DNA of 64,000 nucleotides, from contig CAVULX010000003.1 in the NCBI GenBank assembly GCA_963742415.1, positions 512,001-576,000 on the forward strand. Direction: 5' to 3'. The translations under genes were made by a program, and so were the position numbers. Every line of letters begins with the position of its first letter. Within the stretch, counting starts at the first letter, position 1. Below the pieces are notes generated by a model. It did not search any database, had not been told where the DNA came from, and saw only the letters and a list, made by a program, of their open reading frames with translations. Positions 1-9,075 of the stretch are shown one piece after another. Source of the stretch: an uncultured Parachlamydiaceae bacterium. GTDB taxonomy: Bacteria > Chlamydiota > Chlamydiia > Chlamydiales > Parachlamydiaceae.

Positions 1-79
1 ATAAGTCAAAAAATTCTTCGGGCGTCAATTTGGACATAGTGAAGTCCTTTTCTTCGCATTACTTTAAGCGGGGTTGGGT

Positions 80-550
80 TTTTTTTCAACAAAACTCCAA
101 GAAGAATAAAGTATATATATATTTTATCCTCTTCTTCTGGAGCTGTGGATTTGTCGATAGTTTCCCCATTTTCCTCAGGTTTTATCAAAAATGTTCGTTT
201 AAAAGCGGAGTTCATAAGCCTGGGTTTATAAACAGAAGAGATGTTTAGGGGGTTTTCTTTCGGATTTGTAAACAAAAAAAGAGGGGTTTTTGTGAACTTA
301 TCAACGTTGCTGATGAATGGAAATATAAAACGCAAAGAGTTTTTTTTACACAGAGACTATAAAGAAGACTCTCTTAATATTGATTTCCTCTTCATCTTCA
401 GTTTGTGTGGAAATGTTTATAAGACCCCCATTTTCTCTCGAGCTCTCTTTGTTGACAAGCTGTTTAAAGTTGAGTGATAACCCAGGAGTTATGAAAACAA
501 GGGCCCTTTATACACAGTTATGCGACGGTAATTTACAATGAATTCAACAA
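80..550. other. Candidate replication origin (DnaA-box cluster)
   Basis: Gene-free AT-rich stretch. Perfect TTWTNCACA boxes at 344-352 (TTTTACACA) and 508-516 (TTATACACA); 1-mismatch boxes at 83-91, 226-234, 406-414 (-) and 414-422 (-). Confidence 0.5.
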
Positions 551-599
551 GAATAGACAATAGAATTAATTTTGGAGTGCGGCGGCTTGAAGATGCCTG

Positions 600-2054
600 T
601 CAAAGCGGCATCAAGCCGCCGCGTTCCAAAATTTGGTTGGTACAGATAATATTTGCGATGGAGGATGCTTGTTCTCGGATTTCAGGAACTGAGGTGGTTT
701 CAAACTTTTCACCAAAGAGCAATGAACCTAATGCAAAAAGCTGCCCTTGATTTGAGCTAGCTAGGATCTCATTGCGATCTAATTTCAATCCCAGTCCAAG
801 GTCATCGGGGAAAATGAGCCCTTTCGATAGGATCGATTGAAAAAAGGGGTCTTGCCGTTTGGAAAGATCGTATTCGGGGCCGGAGCAATTAAGAATATAA
901 TCGGCTGAAATAATTTTTTGTCGTTGTTCAGGATTTTTTGATTCTTTGAAGGAAACCTGAACACAGAATTTTTTATCGGGGCTTTCCTCAATATTCTGAA
1001 TAATTCCTTGAGCTATCTTCAATTGATTTTTCAATATCATCTCATTGATGACCCCTACACTTTCGGGAGACATCCTGTGGCGGTGTTGATTCCACAGAGA
1101 GAACAGATGCCTTAAGAATTGTTTTTTTGAAGTGAGATTCAAATTTGTCCACAGCTTGGAGGCCTGAGGGCGGTAGGCATCGATAATTTGCCTCCAGTCG
1201 CAGCCGGAAAGCTGAAAACGGTCTAGATCTTCTTTAAATTGTTTGTAAAGGGAAAGGCAGCTGCTTGGGAGGCTCTCAATGAGACTTTTTTTTGCTAACG
1301 GTTTTTGTTCTTCCATATGGCTTTGAGGAAAGCGGCCGCTTTTTGAAACCACGAGAATATTTCCCTGAAATCCGGTCGATTTTAATGACAATAGGGCATC
1401 TACCGCTGTTAAGCCGGACCCGATGATCAATACGGTTTTATTTTTGAATGGGAGATTTTGAGAAGATAAATTCCAAATGTTGCGAATATAATGGGGATTA
1501 GCCAAAAGGGAGGGGGATTCAAAAGGAAATTTTTTCATGGATGGAACTCCGGTCGCCAAAACGATCTGGCTGCCTGTGACCGATTTTCCCCTTTTTAATA
1601 CAACAGCTAGCCCACTTTCAGAGGATGGATCAATATCAATAACTTCGTCTTCGTAGAGAGTGAGAGCAACATTTTTTTGTTTCCCCTTTTCGATAGCTTG
1701 GGACAATAAAGAATCGAGATATAGGGCATAAAGCTTTCTTGGATAAAATTGAGAAGGGGACAAAGGGATCGATTCGAAGAAAGGACAAAAGTTCCGCCAT
1801 GTTTTTTCATTGTCGGTCAACCAGTGGTAAAAATGGTCGGGCTTGTGTGCAAAAGCTCCCATTTGGTTCGCGCGGACATTTAAGGGATGCCATTCAGATG
1901 AAGTTCCAAAGGCAATCCCATGTCCAACGCCAGGCGATTTTTCTATGAGGGAAATTTGCAAAGGGGACGTTGTTTTATCCAAGAGGTGGATAAGAACGGC
2001 AAGGCCGGAAAATCCACCTCCGATGATCAGAACATGTTTTTTTTGGTTTTCCAT
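600..2054 (-). CDS. FAD/NAD(P)-binding oxidoreductase (YdhS-like)
   Basis: 484 aa; IIGGGFSG and IIGSGLTAVD Rossmann motifs, HPLNV, FYPRKLY, ETTSVPEIR. Confidence 0.8.
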   Translation of the reverse strand: MENQKKHVLIIGGGFSGLAVLIHLLDKTTSPLQISLIEKSPGVGHGIAFGTSSEWHPLNVRANQMGAFAHKPDHFYHWLTDNEKTWRNFCPFFESIPLSPSQFYPRKLYALYLDSLLSQAIEKGKQKNVALTLYEDEVIDIDPSSESGLAVVLKRGKSVTGSQIVLATGVPSMKKFPFESPSLLANPHYIRNIWNLSSQNLPFKNKTVLIIGSGLTAVDALLSLKSTGFQGNILVVSKSGRFPQSHMEEQKPLAKKSLIESLPSSCLSLYKQFKEDLDRFQLSGCDWRQIIDAYRPQASKLWTNLNLTSKKQFLRHLFSLWNQHRHRMSPESVGVINEMILKNQLKIAQGIIQNIEESPDKKFCVQVSFKESKNPEQRQKIISADYILNCSGPEYDLSKRQDPFFQSILSKGLIFPDDLGLGLKLDRNEILASSNQGQLFALGSLLFGEKFETTSVPEIREQASSIANIICTNQILERGGLMPL

Positions 2055-2100
2055 TTTTCAAACCGACAAAGCTGAGGATAACAGTAAAAAAAAGTTATCT

Positions 2101-3486
2101 CTAGGCTTGTTCGTATTTTGCATGTTCAATCCCCTCTTGTCTAGGGGTTGTTTCTATAAACTCAGGTTGCTGGACCTTCTCTTCAAAGACGATTTCGCGG
2201 CGGAGTTTAAAGATTCCCGTGAGGTTGGTAATCAAAAGCAAAGCACCGGAAATGGACATCACCAATAAGGCTTGTGTTTGATCTACAAAAGAGAATAAAA
2301 ACCAAGCGAGGATACTATATCCAATGTAGATTGGAAATCCGTATCTAGGAGAAATAAACCGGGCACACTTAATTCCTACGCAGAAATAAGCGATTATGGT
2401 TGTATACCCTACAATCAAAAAGAATGTAGGCATGAAAATGTGCATATACGGAAAATAACGACTTAAAGAAGTTTGCACCAATTTGGAACCTTCTATCGGT
2501 TCAATAGAGGCCCATACGCCTGAAATGAGGACAATCAAGATGCTCATCGTGCAAATGAGATTATCGATGCAAACCCCAAGAACAGCCAAACGGGCTTGAC
2601 GTTCAGGAAAAACTGTGTTGGATTCGCTTTGGATGATCGAGTCATATCCAATTCCTATATCCGCCGAATAAGCGGCCCTTGCAACCCCATGTTGAATAGC
2701 TAGTAAGGCGCTGCTGCCTGCAAAGCCTCCTACAGCCGCATGTCCGGTAAAAGCTGAGGTCATCACGACTTTTAGTATCCCCGGGATAACAGAGATCTCC
2801 TGGAGGATAATCCAAAGGCCCATCCCCAAATATAGGATGACAAAAAAGGGCATCAAGCAGGAACAGATTTTTCCAAGGCGAGGGATTCCCCCGATCCCCG
2901 CGTATAAAACCAGCGAGAGCAAAGCAAAAATCACAAAATATCTATTCAAGTTAAAGTTTGAAGAGACGGTATCAGTGACGACGACAAATTGATAGATCTC
3001 AACGCCATATACGCACAGGAGAAGGGCAATACAGACGGGGATCCACCGGTTGTTAAAAGCCTTTTGTAAAAAGTACATGGGACCTCCGTCATACCCTCCA
3101 TGGTTGTTAGCCACCCGATGTTTGAGGCCAAGATAGATTTCTGAGTATTTGATGATGGTTCCGATCAGGGCGGCAATCCATACCCAGACAAGAGCTCCAG
3201 GACCCCCTATTTGTATGGCAGTCACAATGCCGACCACATTTCCTATGCCAATCATACCCCCTACTGAAGCAAAAAAGGCCTTAAGGGGATGGATTCCACG
3301 GGCATCTTGGGAAGATTTAACAAGACATTGGGAAAAAGTTTTAAGGATGGAAGGAAAAGCTCGAATTTGGAAAAAACGTGCTTGAAACGTAAGCCAACAG
3401 CCTAAGCACATGATAAGGACGAAGGCGATATAGCTCCAAAAAAAGGTATCCAGATGGGTCAAAATTTCAAAAAAATGATCTAACAT
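2101..3486 (-). CDS. Alanine/glycine:cation symporter (AGCS family)
   Basis: 461 aa polytopic; IGIGNVVG, GGPGALVWVW, GGPMYFL motifs. Confidence 0.9.
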   Translation of the reverse strand: MLDHFFEILTHLDTFFWSYIAFVLIMCLGCWLTFQARFFQIRAFPSILKTFSQCLVKSSQDARGIHPLKAFFASVGGMIGIGNVVGIVTAIQIGGPGALVWVWIAALIGTIIKYSEIYLGLKHRVANNHGGYDGGPMYFLQKAFNNRWIPVCIALLLCVYGVEIYQFVVVTDTVSSNFNLNRYFVIFALLSLVLYAGIGGIPRLGKICSCLMPFFVILYLGMGLWIILQEISVIPGILKVVMTSAFTGHAAVGGFAGSSALLAIQHGVARAAYSADIGIGYDSIIQSESNTVFPERQARLAVLGVCIDNLICTMSILIVLISGVWASIEPIEGSKLVQTSLSRYFPYMHIFMPTFFLIVGYTTIIAYFCVGIKCARFISPRYGFPIYIGYSILAWFLFSFVDQTQALLVMSISGALLLITNLTGIFKLRREIVFEEKVQQPEFIETTPRQEGIEHAKYEQA

Positions 3487-3497
3487 TTTATCTCCTA

Positions 3498-4679
3498 TTA
3501 ATAACGATTATTTAATAAACGGTTTCTTACTTCTAAAATATGTTCACGATATGCATAGGAAGAAAAACGGATAAATCCCTCTCCCAAAGGTCCAAAGCCC
3601 GCACCAGGGGTCGTGACAACATGGTATTTTTCTAATAAGTGTTGGAAGGCATCCCACGATTTATGCCCTTTGAAACGCACCCATAAGTAAGGAGCATCGG
3701 TTCCGCCAAAGACTTCATAACCAAGGGATTCCAAAGTGGATTTTAGAAGAGATGCGTTTTCGAGATAAAAGGCGATGAGTGAAGAAACACCGTTCATCCC
3801 GGCTTCTTCTAAAACAGCGCACCCCCCAGCTTGGGCTATGTTTGAGGCGCCATTGAAGATCGTAGAGGTCAGCCTTTTCCAATCAGGTTTGACAAAAGTG
3901 CCGTCTTCATAACGGAGCTCTTCAGGCACGACAGTCCAGCCAAGGCGCACCCCTGTAAAACCAGCGATTTTGGAAAAGGAACCTATTTCGATAGCGACGT
4001 TTCGGGCTCCTTCTATCTCAAATATCGATTTTGGAAATGAGGGGTCCCGAATATAGGCGGCATAAGCTGAATCGAAAAGGATGATGGAGCGGTTAGCTTG
4101 AGCAAAGGCGACTAAATTCTCTAATTGTTGCCGGGAGGCTACCGTCCCTGTAGGGTTATTTGGGGAACAAAAATAAATAAGGTCTGTCCTTTTAAGTCGA
4201 TTCAGATCGGGAAAAAAGTGGTTTTCTGGGCTGCAACCCATATATGTGATCTGATCGACCCCATGGATGACGCTTCCATCGATATAGACAGGATAAGCGG
4301 GATCTTGGACGGCAATGGAAGCGTGGGGGCCGAAGAGGGCTTGGAGGCGCCCTAAATCACATTTTGCGCCATCGGAAATGAAAATTTCATCGCTATGAAC
4401 TAAGTTTTGATAGACTTTGGAGGCAATTTTTTCTCGCAACTCCTGTAAGCCTTGTTCAGGGCCGTAACCGGTGTATCCTTCGGCTGTCCCTAAATTGGAG
4501 GCAGCTTGTTTTAACAGATGTGTAATCGGTTCCGGAATAGGCTGCGTTGTGTCGCCGATCCCTAAGTTGATGATTTTGGCTTCAGGATTTTGTTTAAGGA
4601 ACTGTTTTTTGCGCAGGCTAATTTCAGGGAAAAGATAATTAGTATGCAATTTTGTCATATTTTTGTTTCGTTGGACCAT
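3498..4679 (-). CDS. dapL: LL-diaminopimelate aminotransferase
   Basis: NYLFPEI, LGIGDTTQP, GYGPEQG, SDGAKCD, CSPNNPTG, SFSKIAGFTGVRLGW. Confidence 0.95.
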   Translation of the reverse strand: MVQRNKNMTKLHTNYLFPEISLRKKQFLKQNPEAKIINLGIGDTTQPIPEPITHLLKQAASNLGTAEGYTGYGPEQGLQELREKIASKVYQNLVHSDEIFISDGAKCDLGRLQALFGPHASIAVQDPAYPVYIDGSVIHGVDQITYMGCSPENHFFPDLNRLKRTDLIYFCSPNNPTGTVASRQQLENLVAFAQANRSIILFDSAYAAYIRDPSFPKSIFEIEGARNVAIEIGSFSKIAGFTGVRLGWTVVPEELRYEDGTFVKPDWKRLTSTIFNGASNIAQAGGCAVLEEAGMNGVSSLIAFYLENASLLKSTLESLGYEVFGGTDAPYLWVRFKGHKSWDAFQHLLEKYHVVTTPGAGFGPLGEGFIRFSSYAYREHILEVRNRLLNNRY

Positions 4680-4824
4680 AGTTGAACCTTTTTGCCTTTG
4701 GCTTTATGCTATTTAAGTTGTAAATAATAAAAATAATCTTAGAAAAATTCCTCTTAAAACAGCAGAAAAGTGACTTTAAAAAGTGCAGTTTAAGAAAAAG
4801 TTGGATTCTAAGAAATGGATAGGG

Positions 4825-4986
4825 TTACTTTCGTTTAGACTTAACGAAAGATTTAGATTTGCGTTTCAAACACGCAAGGGGGGAAAGAGAAGAGATAAAA
4901 GATGCGTTGGACAATGTTAGCTCGATGCTAGATTGTGCGGGATTGTCGAGCTGTTCGCCGAACATCCCTTCTTGATGATGGTACAT
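4825..4986 (-). CDS. Putative leader peptide of the dapL operon, 53 aa, Lys-rich C-terminus
   Basis: Hand translation MYHHQEGMFGEQLDNPAQSSIELTLSNASFISSLSPLACLKRKSKSFVKSKRK*; SD AAGGAG (4993-4998) 6 nt before the ATG. Confidence 0.6.
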   Translation of the reverse strand: MYHHQEGMFGEQLDNPAQSSIELTLSNASFISSLSPLACLKRKSKSFVKSKRK

Positions 4987-5092
4987 ACAAAACTCCTTAA
5001 GCAACTACACCGCGTAGTTATATTCTTAAATAAAACAATAGGTTGAATTTATTCAATAATTAATTTTTTGTCAAATTAAATAAGATTATAAG

Positions 5093-5233
5093 ATGTAAGT
5101 TGAAAATTACTGAGTATAATCAAGTTTAAAAAAACTCTGTGAGCTCTGTGAGCTCTGTGGTTTATTAAAATTCAACCACAGAGCTCACAGAGATCACAGA
5201 GGGACAATAAATTTAATTATTTGCAACTTACGT
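5093..5233. repeat. Palindromic REP/MITE-like element, family A, copy 1
   Basis: Outer IR atgtaagttg...caacttacgt; inner IR of 9-bp units (ctctgtgag)n ... (cacagag)n; near-identical to 8885-9011. Confidence 0.85.
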
Positions 5234-5301
5234 TATAAATTAGGAAGATATCAAGGATATCAATTTCTCAAGAACCGATGCAATTTAAGTTCTTGAATTT
5301 T

Positions 5302-5680
5302 TCATTTAGAGAAGGAGAAATTAAGGGCAAATTCCCTCTTTTTGTAAAGTGACGGATGCATAATTGCAATAACGAAGAGCCATTGTGTTTCATCTGGAAT
5401 TTTGCCTGAATATTGAGCATGGATTTCATCTTTGCATTTCGGATTTAAGTTGCCTTTATAGCCTGTTTCGCTAAACCCCCTTAAAATCCCCTTCATGACC
5501 CTTAGTTGGATGTCGGTTAGGTCGATTCCAAAACGGTTGATGGTGTTGGTGAGTTCAATTTGAAATTCCTGAGCAAAATGCTTGTCATGCTCTAAAGAGT
5601 GAAACTTGACTTTTATTACCAAGTAAATTTTTTAACGAGTGAAGCGAAATTTTTGTTGATTGGCTAGGATTGTCTTTCAT
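5302..5680 (-). pseudogene. Frameshifted and truncated gene remnant of unknown function
   Basis: SD + ATG at 5680 gives MKDNPSQSTKISLHSLKNLLGNKSQVSLFRA* (stop 5585-5587); protein-like sequence continues in another frame (KHFAQEFQIELTNTINRFGIDLTD...) and ends early. Confidence 0.5.
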
Positions 5681-5807
5681 ATTACCCTTTTATTCCGAAT
5701 CAATTTTTTCAGGTAACTATTGCCGTCGACTAGTATAGATCTAAAGCGCCTCTGAAACTAATGTCCAATATTGTTTGGGTATAATGATTTAATTTGCGAA
5801 TTTTCGC

Positions 5808-6992
5808 TTACGATAATTTCACATGATATCCCTGCCGAACTGCCATTAAAGCAAGATCTGTGATTCCTTTCAGACGATAGTCATTATTCATCCATGATAC
5901 TTTATCCGAAAATGTCCATTCCAAAGATTCATGAGAAGATGCAATAGTAATGCATATTTCCGCAGGTGGTAAAGTCTTCTTAGAATCTTCTTCCATCTCT
6001 TCAGCGATAGTATTGGAATCTGAATCCTCCTCTCTAATTTTTTTAAGCTGACTTAAAATTATGGGAATATCGCTAGATCCTACAGGAAAATTATCATTTT
6101 TTTTTATCATTTCACGAAATTTCTCGGCATGTTCTGTGATATTATTTTCTAGAAAAGAGGCAAACACTTTCAAATTAGGAGACTGCGCAGGATCAAGGGA
6201 AGTTGTTTGTGATATACGCCTTTTATTTATTGTATCTAAGATTTTATTGGATAAAGTATTTGAGACTTCAGCCGGTGGTATTTTTTGTATTGTTCTTTTC
6301 AAACCCTCGGTGTTTACTTCTCTTTCAACAAGACTCTGAGAAAATTCAAATGTAGAAATAATAGAAGAAATGTAAATTATTATTTTTATTTTGGATTTTC
6401 TTCCACAACAATCACATGTAATTTCTTCCGCTTTTTGATCAATATATAAACGATCCCGACGAAGCTCTGCAAGATCATCCAGAACTTTTTCTTCAATGTC
6501 ACGAGGTGCTTCCTCCCATCTTATTCCAAATTCATTTTTTCCAATAGGTCTTCGAAGGGCAGCAGTCGGATACCACAAATGAGTTTCATAATCCAAACGA
6601 TCAGGTTTACGGATAATTCTATTTTTAACACACTCGGCAACTGTTTCACATACCTTCCAACGAATATCCTGCTTAAAATATAATGGGAATCTAACTGCAA
6701 AGCGCCCCCAAAGAATGCTCATATTAGGATAGTTTTCTTCCATACAAGAACAGTATTTTGTTAGATATCCAGAATATTCATTCAGTTTTTTCCAAATTCT
6801 TGTTGTTATCATTTGAATTTTTTCCAAATCAAAATTGTCGATCGATCTAGCATCATAGAAAGCTCTTTCAAATTCGCGTATGACTGTAAGAGGGTGACCG
6901 TTTGGCAGAAAACTCAAAATGTGATCGAAAACCTCTATAGGCAATGCAAACAAATTATTTCTTAGTGTCTCATTTGAAAGATTATTAATCAT
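5808..6992 (-). CDS. F-box-like domain protein, candidate effector
   Basis: N-terminal LFALPIEVFDHILSFL fits the F-box consensus LP.E+...I+SFL; low GC. Confidence 0.6.
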   Translation of the reverse strand: MINNLSNETLRNNLFALPIEVFDHILSFLPNGHPLTVIREFERAFYDARSIDNFDLEKIQMITTRIWKKLNEYSGYLTKYCSCMEENYPNMSILWGRFAVRFPLYFKQDIRWKVCETVAECVKNRIIRKPDRLDYETHLWYPTAALRRPIGKNEFGIRWEEAPRDIEEKVLDDLAELRRDRLYIDQKAEEITCDCCGRKSKIKIIIYISSIISTFEFSQSLVEREVNTEGLKRTIQKIPPAEVSNTLSNKILDTINKRRISQTTSLDPAQSPNLKVFASFLENNITEHAEKFREMIKKNDNFPVGSSDIPIILSQLKKIREEDSDSNTIAEEMEEDSKKTLPPAEICITIASSHESLEWTFSDKVSWMNNDYRLKGITDLALMAVRQGYHVKLS

Positions 6993-7290
6993 ATAAATTC
7001 ATGTTGTTATATTGATGATATTAATAAAACATCATTTATTGTAAAAAAATAAAAATAAATGCACACAAAAACTTAAGCAATTCACAGAAATTGTAATTGT
7101 TCAATAGTTTCATTTTGCATTGAATCAGTTGTACGCCTTGTGTGGATCAAAAATAATAATTATAATTAGATATTTATTAATTAGCATCTAAAATGTTTAA
7201 TGTTATAATGGCAATTTAGTTATGCTAAGTTTAGGGAGAATTAAAGACAAAAAGGACAAACCTCTGATTTTATGAAGTTATATATTACAT

Positions 7291-7318
7291 TTGCTTATAT
7301 ACGACAATGTCGTAGTCT
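7291..7318 (+). promoter_or_regulatory. Sigma70-like promoter with palindromic operator
   Basis: TTGCTT-16 nt-TAGTCT; perfect IR tacgaca-a-tgtcgta at 7300-7314, upstream of an HTH antitoxin. Confidence 0.5.
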
Positions 7319-7376
7319 TCAGAAGAAAAAAGGATTATACAAAGATTAGTAGAAAGAATTAATGAAGGGGTTAAAA

Positions 7377-7691
7377 ATGGGTAAAATGTTTGAAATGTTA
7401 AAAGAAGGCCTTGATGATATTCTTGAACATCAAAAAGGCAAAAAAAAGTTAAAAACTAAGATAATAGACATTCCCGAGCCGGCTATTTCTTATACGCCAA
7501 AAGATGTGAAAAGAATTCGAGAATCTTTAAATTATCCTCAAAGCATTTTTGCTCGATTTCTTAATGTCAGTATTAGAACTGTAGAATCGTGGGAATCTGG
7601 AAGAAGAAAACCAAACCATGCAGCTTTACGGTTACTTGAAATCATTGATAAAGGTTATTATCCATCAAAGAAATGTAGAAAAACAATTTAA
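7377..7691 (+). CDS. XRE/HigA-type HTH antitoxin
   Basis: MFEMLKEGL...DVKRIRESLNYPQSIFARFLNVSIRTVESWESGRRKPNHAALRLL; alternative start at 7362. Confidence 0.85.
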   Translation: MGKMFEMLKEGLDDILEHQKGKKKLKTKIIDIPEPAISYTPKDVKRIRESLNYPQSIFARFLNVSIRTVESWESGRRKPNHAALRLLEIIDKGYYPSKKCRKTI

Positions 7692-7760
7692 TTTAAATTA
7701 GTAATTTTCTACTTCAGCCCTAACTATATACACTTCTTTATTTGCTTTTTGAAGCGAGTC

Positions 7761-8249
7761 TCAATCTATTCTTGTTTCTTCTAATATTTCTTCTTTAGAC
7801 CAGGGACATCGTTTTGGAAATGTTTTTTCATCTAAGTCGGTTTCCTGGGCAGCATCTAAGCGTGCGGATTCGTAAGATTTTTTTATTATATCTGGAAGTT
7901 TAGGTTTTAGGCTGGGATTTTCCTCTAAAACCTGCTTAATTTTTAGACGACTATTTTTGATCGATAGAGCCCAAGATTTGCTCCGTTTTTCTGATTGAAA
8001 TTTTGTTTTGAGCATGTGCATTAAAAGGACTTCCATATAACTTTGCAATGTGCGTTTTTCAGACCTTCCCAAAGATTCGATCTCCTCTATCAAATTTTCA
8101 ATGTCCAATTTTGAAAACTCCTTTTTTCTTAAAAAATGTGCTTGTGTATTAACCCATTTGAAAAAGTCTTTTTCGTATTCCATTTCTTTTGTTGGGGAAA
8201 AAGATAACTTTTTAGGCTTTATTTTTACTGTATTTTTTTTTGTTTTCAT
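7761..8249 (-). CDS. DUF29 family protein
   Basis: YEKDFFKWVNTQA..LR...LDIENLIEEIESLGRSEK...LLMHMLK...SW..SI...NPSLK...FP..CPW. Confidence 0.9.
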   Translation of the reverse strand: MKTKKNTVKIKPKKLSFSPTKEMEYEKDFFKWVNTQAHFLRKKEFSKLDIENLIEEIESLGRSEKRTLQSYMEVLLMHMLKTKFQSEKRSKSWALSIKNSRLKIKQVLEENPSLKPKLPDIIKKSYESARLDAAQETDLDEKTFPKRCPWSKEEILEETRID

Positions 8250-8410
8250 ATGAATCGTCACTGTTGAATTAAGGGTCACCGTTTGGTGGTGATAATATCA
8301 CCATCAAATGGAGACTCTTTGTTTGGAACATTTTCATTTTTAGATTTTCCATTTTTCTTGTTATTCTGTCTCAAAAATAGTCTTTTCTTTTAAGAAGCAG
8401 CATTCGTATA

Positions 8411-8881
8411 TTGAAGTTAAATATCAAAAAAGTCATGGGTTATTTTTTTTTAGATATAACGGGATTTGGGGGAAGCTACCATTCTACTCTTGTCCATTTT
8501 CCAATCATGTTTTTTACATTGACGCTGGTGTGCGACCTCTTCACCTATTTTGGTAAAACCCGTTTTATGATTCTTGGAAATGGTTTGTTGTGGCTTGGAA
8601 CCCTTATGTGTATTCCTGTCGGAATAACCGGCTGGTGGGAATCGGATGGATTTTCCTTACAGAACAGCGATTTTTTTTGGCATGTATTAACGTCTATTTT
8701 CTTATTTATCTATGCTCTCTTATATTCTTGTCTTCGCATCCTCATTGCCTACAAAATGTGGCGAATCCTTCCTATTTACTTAGTGGCACTCAGCTGCGGG
8801 ATTGTTGCACTAACCTCTTGGACGAGTATGCAAGGGGATCTCCTTCGCCAGTCTAATGTTTCTAAAAGTGAAAAGAAATAA
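8411..8881 (+). CDS. DUF2231-like membrane protein
   Basis: H..LVHFPI motif, four hydrophobic segments, conserved TG and His; start uncertain (8411 or 8435). Confidence 0.7.
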   Translation: MKLNIKKVMGYFFLDITGFGGSYHSTLVHFPIMFFTLTLVCDLFTYFGKTRFMILGNGLLWLGTLMCIPVGITGWWESDGFSLQNSDFFWHVLTSIFLFIYALLYSCLRILIAYKMWRILPIYLVALSCGIVALTSWTSMQGDLLRQSNVSKSEKK

Positions 8882-8884
8882 TTA

Positions 8885-9011
8885 ATGTAAGTTGAAAATT
8901 ACTGAGTGTAATCAAGTTTAAAAAACCTCTGTGATCTCTGTGGTTTATTAAAATTCAACCACAGAGTTCACAGAGATCACAGAGAGACAATAAATTTAAT
9001 TATGCAACTTA
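8885..9011. repeat. Palindromic REP/MITE-like element, family A, copy 2
   Basis: Direct-orientation copy of 5093-5233 lacking one 9-bp unit. Confidence 0.85.
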
Positions 9012-9075
9012 TTTTTAGTGAAATTAAATATAAATTATGATATTTTTTTGTTTTCATCACTAAAAACATGGTTTT

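Noticed and set aside
6-750. Short ORFs at the window start
   Set aside because: Overlapping, low-complexity and without motifs; the region looks non-coding
4680-5050. Lysine riboswitch upstream of dapL
   Set aside because: No recognisable AGAGGUGC/loop-E/kink-turn L-box pattern; a leader ORF explains the region better
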